In this document: in pieces, positions 58,013 to 64,000 of the stretch
How positions within the stretch are numbered: the first letter of the stretch is position 1
Layout: each line of letters starts with the position of its first letter
Origin: Dehalococcoidia bacterium
Lineage (GTDB): Bacteria; Chloroflexota; Dehalococcoidia; UBA6926
DNA length: 64,000 nucleotides
Assembly: GCA_963666115.2 (NCBI GenBank)
Contig: CAXXET010000004.1
Location: forward strand, 192,001 to 256,000
Reading direction: 5' to 3'
Position numbers and translations under genes: made by a program
Notes under the pieces: model-generated
The model's database searches: none
Told to the model about the DNA's origin: nothing
Seen by the model: only the letters and a program-made list of their open reading frames with translations

Positions 58013-60350
58013 CTGCGGTTCTCCTTCTCACCCTGGCGCGTCCCCTCGGCACGAATCTCAGCAGCGTCAACGCCAGCAGGCCGAATACGATCGCGCGCCA
58101 TGAGAACGGCCTGTCCGGCGCGGCGTCCTTATCAGGACCATACAGGACATGGTCGTACCATTGCACCACGCCGTACAGCGCCCACGTTGCGCGAGGCCAT
58201 GCGGCGGACAGGCGGCTGATGTACTCCGCCGGCGTCTCATCGGGCCTGGTCTTGACCCCCGCCAGCCGTCCAAGCCGGACGGTTCGCGCGTATGCCCGCC
58301 CGGCGGTGCGCGGCCGCGCCAATGCCTGCCACCAGAAGAACACGAGGATTGAGAGGCCAACGACGCCAAGAATTGCGCCCGCTCCGTACCAGACCCTCGG
58401 ATCGATCCCCACGTCCGGCAAAATCCCGGCGCCGGCATCGTCAAACTCCTGGTCGGCGGCGTCGAGGAAGCTGTCCTCCTGCAGCAGGTCTGCTTCCTCA
58501 AATGCGAACGCGCCGAGATCGCCCGCAAGCTCAAGGTCAACGTCGGGAACGAGCGCGGAGAACGTCCCCGTTGGCCCGCCGGGCGCGTCCGGCTCAACGT
58601 TCGGCGTCGGCTCAAACGGAATCCACCCGTACCCGGGGAAATAGGCTTCCGCCCACGAATGGAGATCGGTCTCGCGAACGACGAACGCGCCCAACTCGTC
58701 GTTGTACTCGCCGGGCAGATAGCCGACTGCCAGCCGGGCGGGGACCCCCACCGCGCGCAGCATCACCGTCATGGCGGAACCGAAGTACTCGCTGTAGCCT
58801 GCCTTTTCGCGGAAGAGGAAGTGTTCAAGGCCGTCAACGCCCGGGGGCGGGGCGTTGATGTTTTGGGAGTATTCGAGCTTGCGCAAGTATTCACGGATGG
58901 TGACGGCCTTGAGGTACGGCGTATCGGCGTCTTCGGCCCAGGTTTCCGCCAACTTGCGGACGCTCGGCGGCAAGTCGTCCGGCAACTGCAGATACCTCTC
59001 TGCCACCCAGTTTTTGTATTGGGGAGTGAGCGTGGTGATGTCCTCGACCGTTACCTGCGGGACGTAGGTTTGGACGGTATACCGCTGGTTGGGCTGCAAC
59101 ACGTCCGGGCTTTCCAGCTTGACCAGCCGATGGCCCTCATCGACGTCAATGTTGGTGAATTGGGCCTCGACGGGCAGGGTTGTGCGGAGAGGGGTGGCGG
59201 CGGTAAAGACGGTGGTCGCGGGGGCCTTGAGTTCAAAGGTCACGTTCCGAACACACTCCGGGCAGTTCGTGTAGCTGCTCCCCGCAATGTCCTCCAGTCC
59301 TCGCCGCTCATCGACGACCATCGGGCTGTTGCTCCAACCCCAGCCCGCGTAGCGGTCATAGGTCCGCGCGCGCCAGTACAGCCGCTCATCGCTCTCGACA
59401 TGCATCAAAATATCGGAGGGGAGGTTGATGTTGCCCCTGAACGGCAGCTCATCCGTGAAGCCGGACAGCCCCATCGACCGGCGCGCGGGCAGCGAGGCGA
59501 AGATGCGCGTGAACGTGCCTTCGGCGTTGCCGATGGGAGACCGCACTTCCGCCCAAAATGAGCGGACGACGCGCGGGCCTGAGCCAAGCGACGGCGTCAC
59601 TGTCACGACGAGGAACACGATCAGCGCAAACCAGATGCCGGCGTGCATGACGTGGGCAGGCAGCCAGGACCCCTGCGCGGCTGTCTGCTCATCCCATTTG
59701 CGGCTGCGTTCAAGATGGACGAGGCGGACGATGAGCAGGGCGGAGGCGAGCAGGAACGCCATGAAGAACGGGAGGGAGCTTGGCGGCAGGTAGGTCAGGT
59801 TGGTGACGATGGCGAACCCTGCCGGCAGCGTGGCCCAGATGTTGCGCAGCCGCAGCGTCAGGTAGACAGTCACGTAGGCAACGGCCCATGCGCCCAGCAG
59901 GAGCAGGAAGACGAACGTCAGCCTGTCCGTGCTTGCGCCGCCCTCCAACAACGCCTGCGCCCACAGCGTCATGCGGTAGACCGCGCTCAGCGCCCTGCCC
60001 TCCAGACTAGCCCCGGCCACGACCGTCAGCGTTTGCGCGAACGCCTGCGCCAGCGCGATGAACAGGGCAACCGCGTGCTGGACGACATGACTGCGGCGAT
60101 GCTTCGCGTTGATCAGCCCCGCCGCGCCCCCGATGAGCACCGCAAACGCCACCCCCGGAATCACGGGAACCCAGTGGGCATCCTCAACGCTCCAAACAAC
60201 GATCGCGGCGACCATAAACGCCAAGCCAACCGTCAGCCATCCCGTGTCCGGGTACGCCGCCGCCCGATGCCACGAGCGCGTCAGCCACGGCGGCACGTCG
60301 ACGGGCTGGGCGGGCGGCATCCGCTGCTCTGCCGTGCTCACGCTCCCCAC
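58002..60350 (-). CDS. Transglutaminase-domain membrane protein (TgpA-like)
   Basis: N-terminal TM segments, YWRARTYD, GYSEYF (Ser at the usual Cys position), VPARLAVGY, HSWAEAYFPGYGWIPFEPTP. Confidence 0.88.
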   Translation of the reverse strand: MGSVSTAEQRMPPAQPVDVPPWLTRSWHRAAAYPDTGWLTVGLAFMVAAIVVWSVEDAHWVPVIPGVAFAVLIGGAAGLINAKHRRSHVVQHAVALFIALAQAFAQTLTVVAGASLEGRALSAVYRMTLWAQALLEGGASTDRLTFVFLLLLGAWAVAYVTVYLTLRLRNIWATLPAGFAIVTNLTYLPPSSLPFFMAFLLASALLIVRLVHLERSRKWDEQTAAQGSWLPAHVMHAGIWFALIVFLVVTVTPSLGSGPRVVRSFWAEVRSPIGNAEGTFTRIFASLPARRSMGLSGFTDELPFRGNINLPSDILMHVESDERLYWRARTYDRYAGWGWSNSPMVVDERRGLEDIAGSSYTNCPECVRNVTFELKAPATTVFTAATPLRTTLPVEAQFTNIDVDEGHRLVKLESPDVLQPNQRYTVQTYVPQVTVEDITTLTPQYKNWVAERYLQLPDDLPPSVRKLAETWAEDADTPYLKAVTIREYLRKLEYSQNINAPPPGVDGLEHFLFREKAGYSEYFGSAMTVMLRAVGVPARLAVGYLPGEYNDELGAFVVRETDLHSWAEAYFPGYGWIPFEPTPNVEPDAPGGPTGTFSALVPDVDLELAGDLGAFAFEEADLLQEDSFLDAADQEFDDAGAGILPDVGIDPRVWYGAGAILGVVGLSILVFFWWQALARPRTAGRAYARTVRLGRLAGVKTRPDETPAEYISRLSAAWPRATWALYGVVQWYDHVLYGPDKDAAPDRPFSWRAIVFGLLALTLLRFVPRGRARVRRRTADAR

Positions 60351-61594
60351 CTCTCGGGCCGCGTGAAGCTGCGGCGGTTGCCCGGCTGCATGGCAATCGG
60401 GCCCAGCGCGTTGAAGCTCAGGGCGCGCCCGATGTCATCGCCGAGCCGCACGATATACGCCGCGACGCCCATCGAATACAGGCTCGCAAGTTCGGCGGAG
60501 TGGTCGCCGGACGCGCCGAAACTCGTCGGCTCCAGCAGGATGACCGCCCCGGGCGAGTTCCGCTCTTGCAGGATGGACGCGGCGGCGATGGCGTCTTGCA
60601 CAGACGGGGTGATGGCGATGACGCCGGTTCGACGGCTGAATTGCGCCTCGTGGATGCCGAGCAGTTCACCCAGGCTGACCCTGCCCTCCGCCCGGCACAG
60701 CGCTAACGCTTCCAGGATGCGCCACAGGTGCTTGTCGCCGGTTCCGTTGGGGATGGTGTATTCGGAATCGCCGATGGCGGAGAAGCCCACGCCGTTGTCG
60801 AACTCCAGCAGGTAGCGCGCGATGGAGGCGGCAACCGTGACGCTAACCTCTTCCGTGCCGCTCAGGCCCTCGCCCACCTGCACAGCCGCGTTGAGGTCGA
60901 GGAGTATCGAGAGATCGGACTGCACCTCCGTCTCGAACTCCTTGACCATGAGGCGGTTGAGCTTCGCGCTGCTCTTCCAATGGATGCGGTTGAGGCTGTC
61001 GCCAACGGTGTAGCGTCGAACGGATACGACGTTGGGCGTGAACTGGGACGTTGCGCGGTAGTCCGGCGCGTCGCCCGTCTCCTCCGCGCTGGAGATCACG
61101 AAGTCGTCAAGCGGGAACGGGGCCGGATAGACGACCAGTTCGCGCCGCTCGCCGATGACTCGCGTCGTCTCGAAAAGGCCGAACGGGTCGGACGCCGTGA
61201 CGCGCAGCGGCCCCCAGTGAAAGCGGCCGCGCTTGTCCGCGCGCGTTCCCAGTTTCGTCCAGTTGCGCGAGCCGCGCGTGGGCACGCCCATGACCTCGGA
61301 CGCAAGCGCAGGAACGTCGCCGATGTCCTCGATATGCAGCCAGGGGCGCGGCAGGAGGGAGGTATTTTCCAGCCACACGGACTCCTCCACGCGCTCCCCC
61401 ACCTGCGCCAGCGACGGCTGATCGTCCGCGCCCGCGCTGATTCCGCGCAGGCTCAGCTTCGTCCACAGCCACGCCAGGATGAACACGGCGATGACGGCGC
61501 TGAGCAGATAGGACATGACGTAGAATCCCGACCCAAGGGTCAGGAAGAGCGCCATCAGGATCAGCGCGCCCAGATAGACGCGGCGACTCCGCAC
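60338..61594 (-). CDS. DUF58 domain protein
   Basis: DPFGL, VRRYTVGDSLNRIHWKSSA, LMVKEFE. Confidence 0.92.
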   Translation of the reverse strand: MRSRRVYLGALILMALFLTLGSGFYVMSYLLSAVIAVFILAWLWTKLSLRGISAGADDQPSLAQVGERVEESVWLENTSLLPRPWLHIEDIGDVPALASEVMGVPTRGSRNWTKLGTRADKRGRFHWGPLRVTASDPFGLFETTRVIGERRELVVYPAPFPLDDFVISSAEETGDAPDYRATSQFTPNVVSVRRYTVGDSLNRIHWKSSAKLNRLMVKEFETEVQSDLSILLDLNAAVQVGEGLSGTEEVSVTVAASIARYLLEFDNGVGFSAIGDSEYTIPNGTGDKHLWRILEALALCRAEGRVSLGELLGIHEAQFSRRTGVIAITPSVQDAIAAASILQERNSPGAVILLEPTSFGASGDHSAELASLYSMGVAAYIVRLGDDIGRALSFNALGPIAMQPGNRRSFTRPERWGA

Positions 61595-61603
61595 GCTGCC
61601 CCC

Positions 61604-62578
61604 TCAGTTCCGCAGCCACCCTCGCGGCACGGCTCCCGGCACAGGCACGCGCTCCAGCACCTGCGCCAGCACGTCGTCGGTCGTGACGCCCTGCATCCGC
61701 GCGTTCGGGTTGAGGATGATGCGATGCCCCAGGATCGGGCCGACCAGCCGCTTGATGTCGTCCGGGAGCACGTAATCACGGCCGTCCATCACCGCGCGGG
61801 CCTGCCCCCCGCGAAAGAGTGTCAGCGCCCCCCGCGGCGATGCACCCACGTAGACGGAGCCGTGCTCGCGCGTGCCGTCCACGATGTCCACGATGTACCG
61901 CTTGATCAAATCGTCCACGTACACCTGCCGCACCGCCTGTTGGAGGTCCAGCGCCTCCTCCGTCGACGTGACCGGCTCGATGGAGTCTATCGGGTGTTCG
62001 AGGCGCGTTCGATCCATGATTTCCATTTCGGAATCGATCGTCGGATAACCCAGCGAGAGGCGCAGGAAAAAGCGGTCGCGCTGCGCTTCCGGCAGCAGGA
62101 ACGTCCCCTCATGCTCCAGCGGGTTCTGCGTGGCGATCACGTGGAACGGCTGCGGCAGCGGGTGCGTCACGCCATCCACCGTCACCTGCCCCTCCTCCAT
62201 CGCCTCCAGCAGCGCGGATTGGGTCTTCGGCGTGCCGCGGTTGATCTCATCGGCAAGGAGGACGTGCGCGAGAACGGGGCCTGCGCGGAACTCAAACTCG
62301 CCGGTGCGCTGGTTGTAGAGGTTGACGCCAATGACGTCCGTGGGCAGCAGATCGGGGGTGAACTGGACGCGCTTGAATGACGCGCCGAGGGAGACGGCAA
62401 CGCTGCGGGCCAGCATCGTCTTGCCGACGCCAGGCACGTCCTCGATCAGGAAGTGGCCGCCGCCCAACACGGCCGTCAGCGCAAGCTCCGCCGCCGCGCG
62501 CTTGCCCACGATGACCCGTTCGACGTTTTCCAACGTCTTGTCCACAACCTCGCGCGCGCGGTCAACCGTCGCTGCCAC
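61604..62578 (-). CDS. MoxR-family AAA+ ATPase
   Basis: EDVPGVGKT, RVQFTPDLLPTD, DEINR, QSALLEAM, ATQNP, LPEAQRDRF. Confidence 0.95.
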   Translation of the reverse strand: MAATVDRAREVVDKTLENVERVIVGKRAAAELALTAVLGGGHFLIEDVPGVGKTMLARSVAVSLGASFKRVQFTPDLLPTDVIGVNLYNQRTGEFEFRAGPVLAHVLLADEINRGTPKTQSALLEAMEEGQVTVDGVTHPLPQPFHVIATQNPLEHEGTFLLPEAQRDRFFLRLSLGYPTIDSEMEIMDRTRLEHPIDSIEPVTSTEEALDLQQAVRQVYVDDLIKRYIVDIVDGTREHGSVYVGASPRGALTLFRGGQARAVMDGRDYVLPDDIKRLVGPILGHRIILNPNARMQGVTTDDVLAQVLERVPVPGAVPRGWLRN

Positions 62579-62637
62579 TATCTACCCCCCGGCCCGCCGA
62601 CTGCCCTACAATCAACCGACAATACCACAGCGAGCCA

Positions 62638-63333
62638 ATGAGCACCCACGATTCACACCCCAACAACCACCTGACCGCCTGCATTGTGGCGGGAGGCGAC
62701 GTTACGCCCGGCGAGCGCGTCATGGCGGTGCTGCGGGAGAGCGGCATCATCATCGCCGCCGATCGCGGGCTGAATACGTGCCTGGAGCTGGGCGTCACGC
62801 CGACGCTGTGCATCGGGGATTTCGATTCCGCGTCAGAGGATGCCATTCGGACGGCGCGTGAGCGTGGGTGGGTATTGCTGGAGTACCCATCGGAGAAGGC
62901 AGCGACGGACGGGGAACTGGCGCTGGATGAGGCAATCGCGAGGGGCGCGACGAAGATTCGGATACTGGGCGCGTTGACCGGTTCGGATCGGATGGATCAC
63001 GGGGCGGCGAACCTGCTGTTGTTGGCGCGGCCGGATTTAAGGGGAATCGACATCCGGCTGATGGATGAGAACCGGGAGGCGTTCGTTCTTGGGAAGGGCG
63101 AATCGGCGTCCGTCTCAGGCCAGCGCGGGGATTACGTGACGCTGCTGCCGCTCTCGGAGACGGGCGCGACGGTGACGACGTGGGGGCTGAAGTACGATCT
63201 GCTCGGCATCACGCTCCAGTACGGCGCGACGCGCGGGGTCAGCAATGAGCTGGTGTGGGCGGATGCGAATATCACGGTGGAGGAGGGGCGGGCGCTGGCG
63301 GTGCAGGAGCGGGTGCTGCAAACGGGAATCTAA
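62638..63333 (+). CDS. Thiamine diphosphokinase
   Basis: IAADRG, GDFDS, EKAATDGELAL, RMDH, GLKY, GVSNE. Confidence 0.92.
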   Translation: MSTHDSHPNNHLTACIVAGGDVTPGERVMAVLRESGIIIAADRGLNTCLELGVTPTLCIGDFDSASEDAIRTARERGWVLLEYPSEKAATDGELALDEAIARGATKIRILGALTGSDRMDHGAANLLLLARPDLRGIDIRLMDENREAFVLGKGESASVSGQRGDYVTLLPLSETGATVTTWGLKYDLLGITLQYGATRGVSNELVWADANITVEEGRALAVQERVLQTGI

Positions 63334-63343
63334 CGGTTCCGGG

Positions 63344-63547
63344 TTATGCGCGGGGCGTAGCGGTCGGGGCCGTGTCCTGCGGGTGGCGCTGTGCCGGTTT
63401 GTCGCCTTGCAGGCCAGCGAGCCAATCCTGAACCGTGCGCCCTTCCAGGCTACGCAGATGCGCCCCGAGTCGACGGATATCGTACCCGTGCTCGCGGGCG
63501 ATCTCGTCCTTAACTCTCCAGAGTTCTTCGATGATTTCATCAGCCAT
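63344..63547 (-). CDS. Small hypothetical protein (putative PIN-associated antitoxin)
   Basis: DEIIEELWRVKDEIAREHGYD pattern typical of small genes downstream of PIN genes; overlaps the PIN remnant stop. Confidence 0.6.
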   Translation of the reverse strand: MADEIIEELWRVKDEIAREHGYDIRRLGAHLRSLEGRTVQDWLAGLQGDKPAQRHPQDTAPTATPRA

Positions 63548-63644
63548 CGGCGATCTCTCCCATCAATTCCCTTGGCAATCGCGCCGTTAAATAGGAAACG
63601 ACCGACGTTTCGATGTAGACCGTGCCTGCACTTTCAGGTGTCAT
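63540..63644 (-). pseudogene. Internally deleted PIN-domain toxin (34 aa)
   Basis: Manual translation MTPESAGTVYIETSVVSYLTARLPRELMGEIADG joins a PIN N-terminus to a PIN C-terminus. Confidence 0.6.
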
Positions 63645-63797
63645 CAACCTGCGGCTCGAATATTGCCTTTATTCCCGTTGCTGCTCTCCCATGCTATTTC
63701 GCTCCGCCATTATAGTAGGGCGTCGCACTGACTGGTGGGCGGCGGGACGCGGTGGGGATTCTTCGTCCTGGTGGTATAGTGCTTGTAGGAGAAACCG

Positions 63798-64000
63798 ATG
63801 ACTGCTGTTGAGTCCGATGCCGCGCACATATTCGCAGATGCCCGCTTCATGCGGGACGCCGCGCTTGAGCGCATGGCCGCGGGAGACATCAGGGACGCGG
63901 CTGAGAAGGCGTGGTGCGCCACCATGCGCGCAGCGGAGGCCCTCGTGCTTGCCCGGACAGGCGAGGAGCCCCGGACATCCACAGTCGCAAATCGAAGGCT
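63798..64000 (+). CDS. PaREP1/HEPN-like protein (partial)
   Basis: AGGAG RBS; MTAVESDAAHIFADAR...GDIRDAAEKAWCAT; runs off the window edge. Confidence 0.7.
   Translation, partial: MTAVESDAAHIFADARFMRDAALERMAAGDIRDAAEKAWCATMRAAEALVLARTGEEPRTSTVANRR

Overview
GC-rich bacterial window. The gene content (crotonase paralog array, LLM oxidoreductase, giant FtsX-type ABC permeases, MoxR/DUF58/transglutaminase trio) suggests a Chloroflexota/Dehalococcoidia (SAR202-like) organism; this is inference only. Layout: a partner-switching signalling operon (1-4803), tRNA-Leu and tRNA-Gln, then a ~9.5 kb accessory tract cut into segments by REP-like palindromes (galE-like, katG, GIY-YIG nuclease, TnpB-like nuclease, toxin-antitoxin modules), then mostly housekeeping and catabolic genes. 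Top findings: (1) a 400-aa TnpB/Cas12-like RuvC gene followed 14 bp later by a mini CRISPR array (36-bp repeats, 29- and 31-nt spacers), with no tnpA or cas1/cas2 and a possible anti-repeat inside the gene 3' end; (2) two in-frame TGA codons followed by SECIS-like hairpins, one at the catalytic Cys of an Ogt (P-U-HRV) and one in a thiolase-like protein, a candidate new selenoprotein; (3) a GIY-YIG gene boxed in by nested direct-repeat REPs of the families scattered across the window, whose orientation tracks local G/C strand bias; (4) a TA cluster with a shared 24-bp promoter/operator motif and decayed toxins.
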